64,000 bases of DNA, taken from NCBI GenBank assembly GCA_046583315.1, contig JAYGCN010000067.1, positions 1,093-65,092 of the forward strand, in the 5' to 3' direction. A model generated the notes under the pieces. The model was not told where the DNA came from. It worked only from the letters and a program-made list of their open reading frames with translations, and did no database searches. Source of the DNA: Candidatus Hydrogenedentota bacterium (GTDB taxonomy: Bacteria > Hydrogenedentota > Hydrogenedentia > Hydrogenedentales > GCA-2746185). Position numbers and translations under genes: made by a program. Of the stretch, positions 1 through 9,907 are shown piece by piece; position 1 is the first letter of the stretch, and each line of letters begins with the position of its first letter.

Positions 1-751
1 TCAATCCGGATCGCGTAGATAGCGGCGTGGATTTTCCGGTTCGACGGTCGTAGACATACAGAAACGGAAAGCGATCTTTATAGGAAAGGTAGGCGATGCG
101 TGTTCCATCCGGCGAAAACTCCGGTCGAATCGAGAGTGCCCCGTGATGCGTCACTTGCGTTAGCGTGCCGCCATCGTAATCGGCAATGTAGATTTCTTTC
201 ACCGTGCCCTTTCCTTTGGCACCGCTGAAGGCGATTTCCGTCGTAGCGATACCGGGAACGCCGGTCAGAAACCGTACGCTCTCATCGGCGAACATGTGCG
301 CCATGAGTCGGGCTTCTTTGGCGGTATCGGCGGACAATTTTTTACCGACCACCTGCTGCGAGGTAAGAATGTCGAAGAGACGGCTCTCGGCAACCATCTG
401 ATTGCCTTCTTGACGCAACGTGGTATGCACGAGATGCTCAGCGCGTGTGACACGCCAATTCTCAAAGTTTATTTTCGAGAAGTCGGAAGGCAAACCACGA
501 AAACGCGCAGGGTATTCGGTTTCAGGAACAATCACGAACTCACCTTCAAAGGCGAAATCCCGCGCCATGATTTTGGCAAGCGCGTCGCCATACTTCAACG
601 TGGCGACATCGGTCGGGAAGACTGGGATCGCGACCGGGATTCGGTTATCTGCGCCGCCACGCTCCGCCTCCAACTGAATCGGGTCTTGAGCCGAAGCGCC
701 TATCAATGCAACACCGAGCATAATAGTAAATAGAATATTGGTTACCTTCAC
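1..751 (-). CDS. tolB: Tol-Pal system beta-propeller protein TolB (3' end runs off the window)
   Basis: Not in the ORF track. Manual translation from GTG at 751: signal peptide MKVTNILFTIMLGVALIGASAQ, TolB_N-like RIPVAIPVF, then TEIAFS...KEIYIADYDGG...PEFSPDGTRIAYLSY (PD40-type repeats). Lies directly downstream of a TolA/TonB-like gene. Confidence 0.9.
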   Translation of the reverse strand, partial: MKVTNILFTIMLGVALIGASAQDPIQLEAERGGADNRIPVAIPVFPTDVATLKYGDALAKIMARDFAFEGEFVIVPETEYPARFRGLPSDFSKINFENWRVTRAEHLVHTTLRQEGNQMVAESRLFDILTSQQVVGKKLSADTAKEARLMAHMFADESVRFLTGVPGIATTEIAFSGAKGKGTVKEIYIADYDGGTLTQVTHHGALSIRPEFSPDGTRIAYLSYKDRFPFLYVYDRRTGKSTPLSTRSGL

Positions 752-767
752 AAGGATTCCCCCATTT

Positions 768-1556
768 TTATTTGTCGATCAGACTGAATACGTATACGAT
801 TTGCTGCTCGCTACCCTCAAATTCATTGGGTAACGGTGGCAACGGTAGTGCTGCTTGAATGGCTCGTAAGCCCGATTCCCCCAGAGCCAGATCGGTTGCC
901 TTTTTGACAATCTCCGGCTTGCCCAACAGGTTACCATTCCGGTCCACCCAAAACGAAATATGCACCTGATAATTATCCTGAGTCATCTTGACCCCGGAAG
1001 GCTTGCGCCATTGCATATCCACCTTACGCTGCACCATACGCCCCCAGGTCGAAAGAATATGCGGCAAACTCTTCGTCTGCACACCCTGCACCGGCTGCGC
1101 CTTGGCGACGACTTCCGGTTTGGGTTCGGGCGGCTTGGGCGCCGGTGGTTTTGGCTTGGGTTTCGGTGGCTTGGGTTTCGGTTTCGGCGGATCCGGTTTC
1201 TTTTCCACCTTCTTCGATTCAGGCTTCTTTTCAACCGGTTTTGGTTTGGGTTCTTCATTCTTGGGCTCCGGCATGGGTTCGGGCTTGGGCTTCGGTTCTT
1301 CTTTCTTGGGCGGTGGTGGCGGAGGAGGAGGAGGTGGCGGCGCATTTTCCGCCTGCTTGATTTCGGATTCCGGCACAAACGGCGCAACGAACTCCAACTG
1401 CACTGTAATGGGTTTGGGCTTGGGTATGGGGGCGTAGAGTTCCATCATGACCCAGTAGCCCGCGAAGGCATGAAAGATCACGGAAATCGCAATGGATAGT
1501 TTCATTCCCTGGGACGAATTAAAATGGTCCCAGTGGCTATCATACAACTCGTGCAT
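768..1556 (-). CDS. TolA/TonB-family energy transducer (TM anchor, Pro/Lys-rich linker, TonB_C-like domain)
   Basis: SIAISVIFH TM motif, poly-P and KP/EP repeats, C-terminal VDRNGNL...AIQAALPLPPLP. Start placed at ATG 1556 behind GGGGGG; the ORF track starts at 1613. Confidence 0.85.
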   Translation of the reverse strand: MHELYDSHWDHFNSSQGMKLSIAISVIFHAFAGYWVMMELYAPIPKPKPITVQLEFVAPFVPESEIKQAENAPPPPPPPPPPPKKEEPKPKPEPMPEPKNEEPKPKPVEKKPESKKVEKKPDPPKPKPKPPKPKPKPPAPKPPEPKPEVVAKAQPVQGVQTKSLPHILSTWGRMVQRKVDMQWRKPSGVKMTQDNYQVHISFWVDRNGNLLGKPEIVKKATDLALGESGLRAIQAALPLPPLPNEFEGSEQQIVYVFSLIDK

Positions 1557-1750
1557 CGAACCCCCCGATTCAGCGTCTACCAGCGTGAATTGTACAGAGG
1601 ACCCGAAAACCAAGTCAAAATCACGATGACTGCAACATCAGTAGGGACTTTATCCCTTGGCCCCCCTAAAAGGTTCCGCCCATTGTGTTTATGGAATAGA
1701 TGCCTTACCCCGGTACGTGGACTCACCAACGACCGAATCGCTACAATGGG

Positions 1751-3181
1751 ATGCCGATGACACCATTATCCACTATACGAGGACCTTTGTCGTCCGAAAC
1801 GCGTGCGTTGGCCGGTAGCTACATCCGCTTGGCCGTGGCCTATTTCATTCTTGTGACGTTCATGTGGACGGTGGGTATCGAGGGGATCTACGGACATCCC
1901 GCACCATTTTATGCCTTTCTGCGCCCCGCATTTCAGTTCGATAATCTGTTGTGGATTGTGCAGGCGATGCTTGTGGTACCCACGCTGTTGTTCGTAACCC
2001 TTAGCGCTCTGAAGCACCACCGTCTGCTCGAGTCGGATATGGGCAAGGGAACCGAAGGTCGCTTGATCGCGTGGTTTATCCTGCTCGCGTTCGTCCTACC
2101 CGCTTCAATCGCCATGATGCGCGGCGGCCTTGACGGTATCTCGGATGCCTACAACCGCCAAAGCTACGAGTACATCGGCGACATCGGCAAGGTCGGAAAT
2201 ATTAAAGCCCTGTTCGCGAGGTATGAAGAGATCCACGAGTACTTCTCGATGCATGCGAAAGTACATCCTCCAGGCCCCATCGTTATTCTATGGCTAATGT
2301 CCTACATTGTGGGCCAGAGTCCTCTCGGGCTCTCGTTGGCGACGATGGCCTTCGGCGCGTTCAGCGTGGTGCCGTTTTATCTTTGGATACGCGAATTGTT
2401 TAATCAACGTGTCGCGATTCAGACCACCTTGCTTTACATCTTCGTGCCGACCATCGTCATTTTTTCCGCGACGAGTGCCGATATCACCTTCATGCCCTTC
2501 ACGCTCTTTACGTTGTTCTTATTCACGCTATCGATCAACCGCGGGACACTGCGATACGCGCTCGCGGCGGGGGTGATGTACGCGTTCTGCAGCCTCATAT
2601 CATTTTCTCTCGTCTCCATCGGGGCCTTCTTCGGCTTGATGGGCCTCTGGAAACTCCGGGAGAGCAAGACGCGCTTCAACGTCGTCGTGACGGCGGGCGG
2701 CATGATTGCCAGCCTGCTCCTAACGCATTATCTCGTCTGGCTGTGGTCCGGCTTCAATGTGTTCAATGTATTCGAACTCTCCAAAGCCCAGTTCGACACG
2801 GATCAGGCGATGCTGGACATTTATGATCCGCGCTACCCTTCCTGGGTGTTCAAAATTCTTAACCCGTTGAGCTGGTTTTATTTCGCCGGACTGCCCGTGT
2901 CCCTTCTGTGCATTCGACAGATTTTCCAGCGAGGCGGCGATCACCGTGCGCTCTTTGTGATAATTGGGATCACTCTCGTGGCTTTCGATATACTGTATCT
3001 CGCTCGCGGAGAAGGAGAACGCTCGGCCATGTATATCCTGCCCTTCGTTCTCATTCCAGCGGGATATTTCATGGCCCAAATGACGCAGAAAACGAACTCC
3101 CTGCAACCTTTGGCCCTTACACTGGCGTTTCTGGCCCTGCAATGCTGGCTCACTGAAGCCATCTTGTACACCTATTGGTAA
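1751..3181 (+). CDS. Polytopic GT-C-type glycosyltransferase (PMT/GT39-like)
   Basis: Many hydrophobic segments, HPPGP loop motif, C-terminal GEGER; followed 6 nt later by a GT2 gene. Start uncertain (1700/1751/1757). Confidence 0.7.
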   Translation: MPMTPLSTIRGPLSSETRALAGSYIRLAVAYFILVTFMWTVGIEGIYGHPAPFYAFLRPAFQFDNLLWIVQAMLVVPTLLFVTLSALKHHRLLESDMGKGTEGRLIAWFILLAFVLPASIAMMRGGLDGISDAYNRQSYEYIGDIGKVGNIKALFARYEEIHEYFSMHAKVHPPGPIVILWLMSYIVGQSPLGLSLATMAFGAFSVVPFYLWIRELFNQRVAIQTTLLYIFVPTIVIFSATSADITFMPFTLFTLFLFTLSINRGTLRYALAAGVMYAFCSLISFSLVSIGAFFGLMGLWKLRESKTRFNVVVTAGGMIASLLLTHYLVWLWSGFNVFNVFELSKAQFDTDQAMLDIYDPRYPSWVFKILNPLSWFYFAGLPVSLLCIRQIFQRGGDHRALFVIIGITLVAFDILYLARGEGERSAMYILPFVLIPAGYFMAQMTQKTNSLQPLALTLAFLALQCWLTEAILYTYW

Positions 3182-3187
3182 AACTTC

Positions 3188-3916
3188 ATGTGGCGTAACC
3201 AAAAAGTTTCGATAATTTTCCCCACCTACAACGAGAAAGATTCCATCCGCGAGGCCATTGAAGATTTCTTTAGTTGCGAGCATGTCGACGAGGTTATCGT
3301 CGTCAACAATAACGCCGCTGAAGGTACTGACGAAGAAGTGAAACAAACCGACGCGCGTCTCGTGTATGAATCAGAGCAGGGATACGGCCACGCCATCTGG
3401 AAAGGACTCGATGAAGCGGAAGGCGACTTGCTGATTATCTCGGAGCCGGACGGTACCTTCTCGGGAAACGATGTCTACAAATTGCTCGCGTACTCCGACG
3501 ACGTGCCGGTGGTTTTCGGCACACGCACCTCGCAACAGTTCGTCTGGGAAGGCGCGAACATGGGGATCGCGCTAAAATTCGGAAACTGGGGCGTCGGCAA
3601 ACTGATGGAATTCCTGTTCAACACGACCATCCTCACCGACGTGGGTTGTTCGATGCGCCTGCTCAAACGCGAAGTTTACGAAGATATACGACCCCAATTC
3701 ACCGTCGGCGGCTCGGCTTTCGGACCGCAACTGATGTTGTTGACGATTTTGAACAAACATCGCTTCACCGAAATCCCGGTGAACTACAAAAAACGCGTTG
3801 GTGAATCCTCCGTCACAGGAAGTGTGCCGCGCGCCGTACTGCTCGGTATCGAAATGGCCCTTATGATTATCAAGTACCGCATTCTTTCGTGGGTGGGTGT
3901 GTTGCCGAAGAGATAA
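3188..3916 (+). CDS. Glycosyltransferase family 2 (polyprenol-phosphate sugar synthase, DPM1-like)
   Basis: VSIIFPTYNE, QGYG, EPDG (DxD variant), FGTR, TDVGC, EIPVNYKKRVGES motifs. Confidence 0.9.
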   Translation: MWRNQKVSIIFPTYNEKDSIREAIEDFFSCEHVDEVIVVNNNAAEGTDEEVKQTDARLVYESEQGYGHAIWKGLDEAEGDLLIISEPDGTFSGNDVYKLLAYSDDVPVVFGTRTSQQFVWEGANMGIALKFGNWGVGKLMEFLFNTTILTDVGCSMRLLKREVYEDIRPQFTVGGSAFGPQLMLLTILNKHRFTEIPVNYKKRVGESSVTGSVPRAVLLGIEMALMIIKYRILSWVGVLPKR

Positions 3917-3926
3917 CGGTGACGAA

Positions 3927-5711
3927 CTACTGCCCCGCCTTCAACTTGGCCTGAATGGCTGCGCGTAGTGATCGAGCCGGCTCGTAACTTCCATCGAGAG
4001 CGATACTCTGTTGCACGGCAGCAAATGCCTCTTCGGTTCGTTGCAATCCGAACAATGCGCCTGCCCGACTGTGATGGGCCACGTGGTCCAAGGGATTCAA
4101 CTCGATGGCCGCGTCGTATTGTTCCAGTGCCGACTCCAATTGTCCGAGTCGCGCCAACACGTTTCCGTAGTTGATGTAATAATTGGGCCGTGGATTCGGA
4201 AATGCGATGGCTTCGACATACCATTTTTGAGCAGTCGCGAAATCGCCTTGCACGCCCTTTAGGACGCCCATATTGTAATACGCTCTGGCAAATTCCGGGT
4301 GTTTTTCGATGCATGCGTCCAGAACTGTTTCGGCTTCTGAGAACTTCTTCTGATTCTGCAGCACCGTGGCCAAATCGATATGCACATCGCGGCTGTCCGG
4401 CTCGTACTCGAAATAGCTTCGGTACATGCGCTCGGCCTGTGGTGCGTTGCCCTCTTTGCGGTAGACGTTGCCCAGCTGGCGATAGGCCTGATAGTTATCC
4501 TCGCGAACCACAATTCCTCGGGCGGCCAGAGTCTCCGTGTTTTTCCAGTACGACGTTTCGAGCGTTGCAAGCACAACCAGGATGATCGCGATTGCAGGAT
4601 AGCCGAAGCGCATCACCTTTCGGCCCTTGGGCAACGCTTCAATTCGCGGGTGGATGTAGAATGCGAGCGCGATAAAGATCCCAATGAGCGGGATATAGGT
4701 ATACCGATCGGCAGAGGCCTGCTGGCCCGTCTGCACAAGTCCACTTACCGGAAACAGTGTGCCCAGATACCACAACCAACCGACCAGCACATAGGGGTGG
4801 ATTTTTCGTGTGCGCCAGGCAACAACACTGATAATCACGAGGATGGCCAGCGTGATCGATACCCACAGATAGTTAATTTCTTGTGGAAGTGGATAGAAAA
4901 ATGTGAATCCGAAAGGGAACACGGTTCGCCATAAATAGGCCCCGTAGGCTTGAATCGCAATCGCGACACGCTCATCGAATCCGAAGGCTTCGACGGTCAA
5001 TGTCGCTCCTCCCCCACGCTGAAGAACAAAGGTGATGATCGAAGACGCGATGGCCATGGCAAGCATCGGCAGTTTTTCCAATACCGCGCGCCGGATTTCG
5101 GATCGCTCGGCGAGACGTCCTAGCGGCCAGAAATCGAGCAGGAGCAATACGAAAGGAAGCGTGACCAGCATGGGTTTGGACATCAGACCGAGTGCATACA
5201 CCAGGAGAACCAATAGGTAGGCACTGAGTTTTTTCGTCACCGTATACCGATGATAGAGGAGCAAGGTGAGCGCCATGAAAAATCCGCTCAGAACATCCTT
5301 GCGCTCGGCAACCCACGCGACCGATTGCACGTGCTGCGGATGACACGCGAAGAGCACGGCGACAATCAGGCTTTCTGCACTGCACGCCGTCATTTTGAAA
5401 AGTGCCCAATACAACAGCAACGAGGCCAGGAGGTGAATAATGAGGTTGCTGATGTGATAGCCGCGTGCATCCATGCCGTAGACCGTGTTGTCCAGAAAAT
5501 AGGAGAGCCAGGTCACCGGATGCCAGTTCAAGAAATAACCCGTGGTAAAACTCCACTTGATGTTTTCCAGCGTGAGCCCGCCGTTGAACTGTGGGTTTTC
5601 CAGCAGATACACCTGGTCATCGATTTCCACGAAATCGAAGGAGGCTGTCTGACCGAATACGATGATAGTGAGAACAATTAGAAGAAAGAAGGCATAGAAG
5701 TGGCGCATCAA
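3927..5711 (-). CDS. TMTC-like membrane protein (GT-C fold + C-terminal TPRs)
   Basis: FVEIDDQVY (DD motif), NWHPVTWLS, HPQHVQSVAWVAERKD, ADRYTYIP, then TPR repeats. Confidence 0.85.
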   Translation of the reverse strand: MMRHFYAFFLLIVLTIIVFGQTASFDFVEIDDQVYLLENPQFNGGLTLENIKWSFTTGYFLNWHPVTWLSYFLDNTVYGMDARGYHISNLIIHLLASLLLYWALFKMTACSAESLIVAVLFACHPQHVQSVAWVAERKDVLSGFFMALTLLLYHRYTVTKKLSAYLLVLLVYALGLMSKPMLVTLPFVLLLLDFWPLGRLAERSEIRRAVLEKLPMLAMAIASSIITFVLQRGGGATLTVEAFGFDERVAIAIQAYGAYLWRTVFPFGFTFFYPLPQEINYLWVSITLAILVIISVVAWRTRKIHPYVLVGWLWYLGTLFPVSGLVQTGQQASADRYTYIPLIGIFIALAFYIHPRIEALPKGRKVMRFGYPAIAIILVVLATLETSYWKNTETLAARGIVVREDNYQAYRQLGNVYRKEGNAPQAERMYRSYFEYEPDSRDVHIDLATVLQNQKKFSEAETVLDACIEKHPEFARAYYNMGVLKGVQGDFATAQKWYVEAIAFPNPRPNYYINYGNVLARLGQLESALEQYDAAIELNPLDHVAHHSRAGALFGLQRTEEAFAAVQQSIALDGSYEPARSLRAAIQAKLKAGQ

Positions 5712-5825
5712 AAAATACTAGAAGAAATACGGCAAAACAGTCAAATTTCCATTCAATGCGCATTGAATGCTGGCAACCTTTCTTTTTCTCGGCAAAGAAA
5801 GTAGAATGCGTTTCAAGGGGGTTGC

Positions 5826-6215
5826 ATGTCTGGCAAGGCGAAAGCGGTGGAAAATGGGAATCAACTACGCGACGCGGTCGCGACTATGGGTGCAGGGTTG
5901 GGCCTGGTTGCTGAGATCGAAGTGGTGGTCGGTCGACGTATTTGGGGCGCGAAACGCAATATTGATGTCGTGCTCAAAGACCCCACGACCCGCGTGAGTC
6001 TCGGACTCGAATGCAAATACCAGGGCAGCAAAGGCAGCGCAGAAGAAAAGATTCCGGCGACGATTGAAGACATCCGTGCATGGCCAATTCGTGGCATCGT
6101 TGTGTACAGCGGCGAAGGATTTTCGACCAACATCAAATCGTATCTCCTTTCAACCGGCATGGCGGTCGAATTGTGCGATCTCGAGAAATGGCTGGAGTTG
6201 TATTTCGGCCTATGA
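5826..6215 (+). CDS. Small PD-(D/E)XK-superfamily nuclease, candidate restriction endonuclease
   Basis: GNQL N-terminal helix, NIDVVL and LECKYQ (D...ExK); stop overlaps the methylase start (ATGA 6212-6215). Confidence 0.75.
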   Translation: MSGKAKAVENGNQLRDAVATMGAGLGLVAEIEVVVGRRIWGAKRNIDVVLKDPTTRVSLGLECKYQGSKGSAEEKIPATIEDIRAWPIRGIVVYSGEGFSTNIKSYLLSTGMAVELCDLEKWLELYFGL

Positions 6216-7087
6216 CGCGCAAAACCAACAATCTCGAGACACCGCGTCCCTTTCTCAAATGGGTCGGCGGTAAGGGACAATTGCTGAACGAACTGCTTGC
6301 GCGCGTGGATGCGGCGGGTGACTTTGGGCGCTATCACGAACCTTTCATGGGCGGCGCTGCACTATTCTACGCCATGCAACGCACGAAACGGCTGAAGAAA
6401 AAAGCGTATCTTGCGGATTACAATCCTCGACTGGTCGCGACCTATGAAGGCGTGCAACAGAATGTTGAGGCGTTAATTAGACTGCTGAAGATGCACAAGA
6501 AGAAACATGCGGAACCCTACTACTATCAAGTCCGAGAAGCGTTGCGCGACGACGTTGCCTCTGGTGGACCTCGCAACCTAGTGCAACATGCCGCTCGCAT
6601 CATTTATCTCAACAAGACCGGATTTAATGGTCTCTACCGCGAGAACAATCAGGGACTTTACAACGTACCTATCGGGAGCTACACGAATCCTGCCATCTGT
6701 GACGAAGACAATCTACGAGCTTGCGCCAAAGCACTCAAAAAGGCGAATGTACAAGCCACCCACTTCGCGACCATCATCGAGCGCGTTGAAAAGGGCGATC
6801 TGGTCTATTTCGATCCGCCTTACGACCCTGTGTCCAAAACCGCCTCATTCACCAGTTACGCGAAGGGTGGTTTTGGTGAAGATTCACAGCGACTGCTTGC
6901 CCAGACCTGCAAAGACCTCCACGCGAAGGGCGTGAAGGTCCTGCTGTCGAATTCCTATACCGAATTCATCCGCGATCTGTACAATATCGATGGCTTTAAG
7001 ATCGAAGCGGTATCCGCGAATCGCAACATCAATTCCAACGCCAAGAAACGTGGCGCGATTCAGGAAGCCTTGGTTCGGAATTTCTAA
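6212..7087 (+). CDS. dam: DNA adenine methyltransferase, Dam/D12 family
   Basis: RPFLKWVGGK, YHEPFMGG (motif I), YFDPPY (motif IV), YLNKTGFNGLYR..G.YNVP target-recognition region, LLSNS. Real start is ATG 6212, not 6080. Confidence 0.93.
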   Translation: MTRKTNNLETPRPFLKWVGGKGQLLNELLARVDAAGDFGRYHEPFMGGAALFYAMQRTKRLKKKAYLADYNPRLVATYEGVQQNVEALIRLLKMHKKKHAEPYYYQVREALRDDVASGGPRNLVQHAARIIYLNKTGFNGLYRENNQGLYNVPIGSYTNPAICDEDNLRACAKALKKANVQATHFATIIERVEKGDLVYFDPPYDPVSKTASFTSYAKGGFGEDSQRLLAQTCKDLHAKGVKVLLSNSYTEFIRDLYNIDGFKIEAVSANRNINSNAKKRGAIQEALVRNF

Positions 7088-7131
7088 TTCAAACTACTTA
7101 ACGATTTATCTTCCCAAAGGCGCACAATGCT

Positions 7132-8538
7132 TCAGTTTAGCGGACGCCTGTCATCACGCACGCGCTTCGCCTGGACGATTACGAAGAGTGCATCCTCTGA
7201 ATGATCGAAGTTGCTCTTGCCGAGCACGACCGACTGACCTTCGCGCACATCGAGCGAGGAATTCATGCGCGCGCCGACATTCACTCGACTTATCGCATTA
7301 CGAGACTGGAATCCACTATTCGGATTCACATCCGATTGAGCGGTCACTATCGCTCGCGTCATGCCGACGATGAGATCCACGTCGAAATCAAAGACGTCAT
7401 TCCCACTCTGCTCATACATCGAGACTCTGCCGACTTCAATGGCGATCTTCAGGCTATCGTAACTAAACTCGTCCGTATTAACTTTCGACAACGGAAAGCC
7501 AGATGAATGGTTCACGCGGCTTCCCTCGCGAGCGCGGAGCTGGATGATATCCAACAAATCAAACGATTCGTATTGGAACGTCTTTTCAATTTGGTTGATT
7601 GCGGAATCAATTGCAGGTGGATACTTCGAACTTCTCTTGTTTTCGTGCGAGGCCATCACCAGATAAAACGTCAGCTCGACATTCGCGGGTTTCACGTCTA
7701 CTTCTTCAACTAATGTGCGAAATTCCTCGACTTTTTCCTTGGGGCCGGATACGCGAAGCCAACCGAGGGACTCACTGATGTGTATCGTGAGTGCGACGGT
7801 GTCGCCACCATTCGGCCTCGCCGTAAAACCTCCCCCAAAGCCACCGTTGAGATTGGAACTAAACATCTGGGCCAGTTCCTGAATTTTGTCGGTCACGCCG
7901 TTCTTCAAGCGATTCGTTAATTCAAAGGATTCTTGCCCACGCTCGAACAACGCGCGAATCGGTGCGATCTGATCTTCGCTACCCGGTACCGAAACGGACT
8001 CTCCGTTTTCAAGGGCGATCAAGATATCGAGAACTTCTTTTATCTCACCCTCGTTTCCGCTGAATTGAATAAACTCCTTATCCGCCGACACAACGCGCAT
8101 CATCGGGCTGTGCGCCTCGGCAATAATCTTATCCAGGACCTTTTTCAATTCACGATGATCGACCGATTGGAAATGAACTTTCGTCTGATATTCGCTACTG
8201 TCGATCCCATATAGTTTTCTTATCGGATCGAGTATCCCCGAATCATCGTCCATCGGGCTTCCATCCTCAAATCCTTGAACGACCCATATGATTTCCGCCG
8301 TCTCCTCCTTGATACCGGAGAAACGTAGTTTCTGTTCTCAGGGAACAATCTCTATCTGCGCCTTTTCGTCCATATTTTCAAGTATCAGGATTCGGTCTAG
8401 AATGCCTTTTAACTTATCGGGGTCGACCCGGACTTCAAAATCGACCACTAAGGGTAAGTCCTGCTTAAGTTCTGCGGTGGCACTCGCGCATAGGACTAAA
8501 CATATCATCGTATATCGACATATATTTCGCATATTCAT
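7132..8538 (-). pseudogene. Secretin N-domain-repeat / secretin-like exported protein interrupted by an in-frame TGA at 8338-8340
   Basis: ORFs 8338-8538 (signal peptide) and 7132-8253 share a frame; the gap reads IEIVP*EQKLRFSGIKEETAEII...SP-MDDD with no other stop. Secretin-N3-like LRVSGPKEKVEEFRTLVEEVDVKP and C-terminal LDVREGQSVVLG. Confidence 0.7.
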
Positions 8539-8547
8539 TTTTCTCCT

Positions 8548-9048
8548 TTAATCCCCAAACCAATGGATTACCACGTTCGGGTCATCGGTGTAGAGTATTA
8601 TTTTCGTAGACGGCACGTCCTGAACCAGATCGCTGGCAAACTCGGCATCCGGAATGACTGGAGCAGCCGCTTCCAGATGTTGCACAGTCTCGGCAGGCAC
8701 CGTCTTCGTTAGTTTAATTTCGACTGGTGTATCGTTCAGCACGTCAGGGCGTAGCAGGCTCGACACAATCAGCAGGGCCGCGAAGGCCGATACCACGGCA
8801 GGCACGCGCCACGACCGGGAATGATTCACCGGCTGCTCAAGCGCGTCGAACACCGCAGCCGTATTCAGGCCGGGCACATCCATCGTGCTCAACGTTTGCA
8901 ATTCATCAGCCAACCCGCGCATTTCTTCGTGATACATTTCACAAGCCACGCATGAATTCAGATGGTGTTCGACATTCGACACTTCCTTCGATGGCAAGTC
9001 GCCCGTCGCGTAAAGTGCAATCTTTTCTTTCATCGATTCACATCTCAT
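8548..9048 (-). CDS. Zinc-binding (ZAS) anti-sigma factor with one TM helix
   Basis: MRC...HLNSCVAC (HxxxCxxC), TM AVVSAFAALLIV; start overlaps the read-through stop of the ECF gene (ATGA). Confidence 0.88.
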   Translation of the reverse strand: MRCESMKEKIALYATGDLPSKEVSNVEHHLNSCVACEMYHEEMRGLADELQTLSTMDVPGLNTAAVFDALEQPVNHSRSWRVPAVVSAFAALLIVSSLLRPDVLNDTPVEIKLTKTVPAETVQHLEAAAPVIPDAEFASDLVQDVPSTKIILYTDDPNVVIHWFGD

Positions 9049-9683
9049 GGCTCGTTCCTTTGTATCGCGTCCCGATACGCTTTCAGTTTCACCCGTGCAC
9101 GACTAATCTACGAGCGCACGGTTTGTTCACGAGTGCCGAGTGTCTGCGCGACTTCCCGGGTGGTTAACCCTTCGATGTCCCGCAACACAATGGCGGCCCG
9201 TTCTTTCTGCGGCAAGGTCGCAAGCCCGGCCTCCAATACGGCCATCTGCTCATCCACCGTGAGTTTTCGCACCGTATCCGGGGCTATCGCCAGTTTCTCG
9301 GAGGGCACGTTCTCGATCGGTTCTGTGTGATGGCGTTTACGTTTACGCATTTGGTCCCGGCATACGTTCATGGCGATCGAATACAGCCACGGCGCGAAGG
9401 GCCGGGCGGGATCATACTTCGCGAGATTGCGCAGCATCCGCACGAGTGTCTCCTGTGCGGCATCCTGGGCATCCTCACGATTTCCCATCATTCGATAGCA
9501 AATCCGGTACGCCTACGCATGATGGGCGTTTAGTAACTGCTCCACAGCAGCGCTATCACCCACCTTCGCCTGTTCAATTCGTTCATCCACTGGTGTTGAC
9601 GGCTCTCTTTCCCGTGCCCCGGAAATTCCGGTCCACGCGATTCCCATCAACGGCGCCGTTGATTCTGTTGAATCCTGACTCAT
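9045..9683 (-). pseudogene. ECF sigma-70 factor interrupted by two in-frame TAG codons (9513-9515, 9108-9110)
   Basis: One frame: AKVGDSAAVEQLLNAHHA*AYRICYRMMGNREDAQDAAQE...WLYSIAMN...LPQKERAAIVLRDIEGL...TVRS*ISRARVKLK, ending at TGA 9045-9047 overlapping the anti-sigma ATG. Confidence 0.88.
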
Positions 9684-9907
9684 AAGTACACTTTCGTTAG
9701 GCCTTGTATAGATACACGCACGATAGGCCTGAATCGTTGATCTCAAATGTAACACAATGGTTCAAGGCGCTGAAATATTGATTGATTAAGCTGGGTACCG
9801 GCGCTCGCTATTATGCTAATAATGCTAAATTAAGCTTTCAATGCGGTCCGTTTTGTGGTACTATTTCTTTGGTATTTTATGCCCTGACGACAACTAGACG
9901 GTCATGA

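Noticed and set aside
960-1499. Gly/Phe/Arg-rich ORFs and repetitive DNA over the TolA/TonB linker
   Set aside because: Antisense and alternate-frame shadows of the Pro/Lys-rich coding region, not independent genes or a repeat array.
6080-6211. N-terminal extension of the methylase in the ORF track
   Set aside because: It overlaps the nuclease gene; the conserved motifs begin just after ATG 6212, which is coupled to the upstream stop.
8338-8340. Selenocysteine at the in-frame TGA codons (also 34049)
   Set aside because: Neither lies in a Cys-type redox motif or a known selenoprotein family, and I could not identify a convincing SECIS hairpin by eye.
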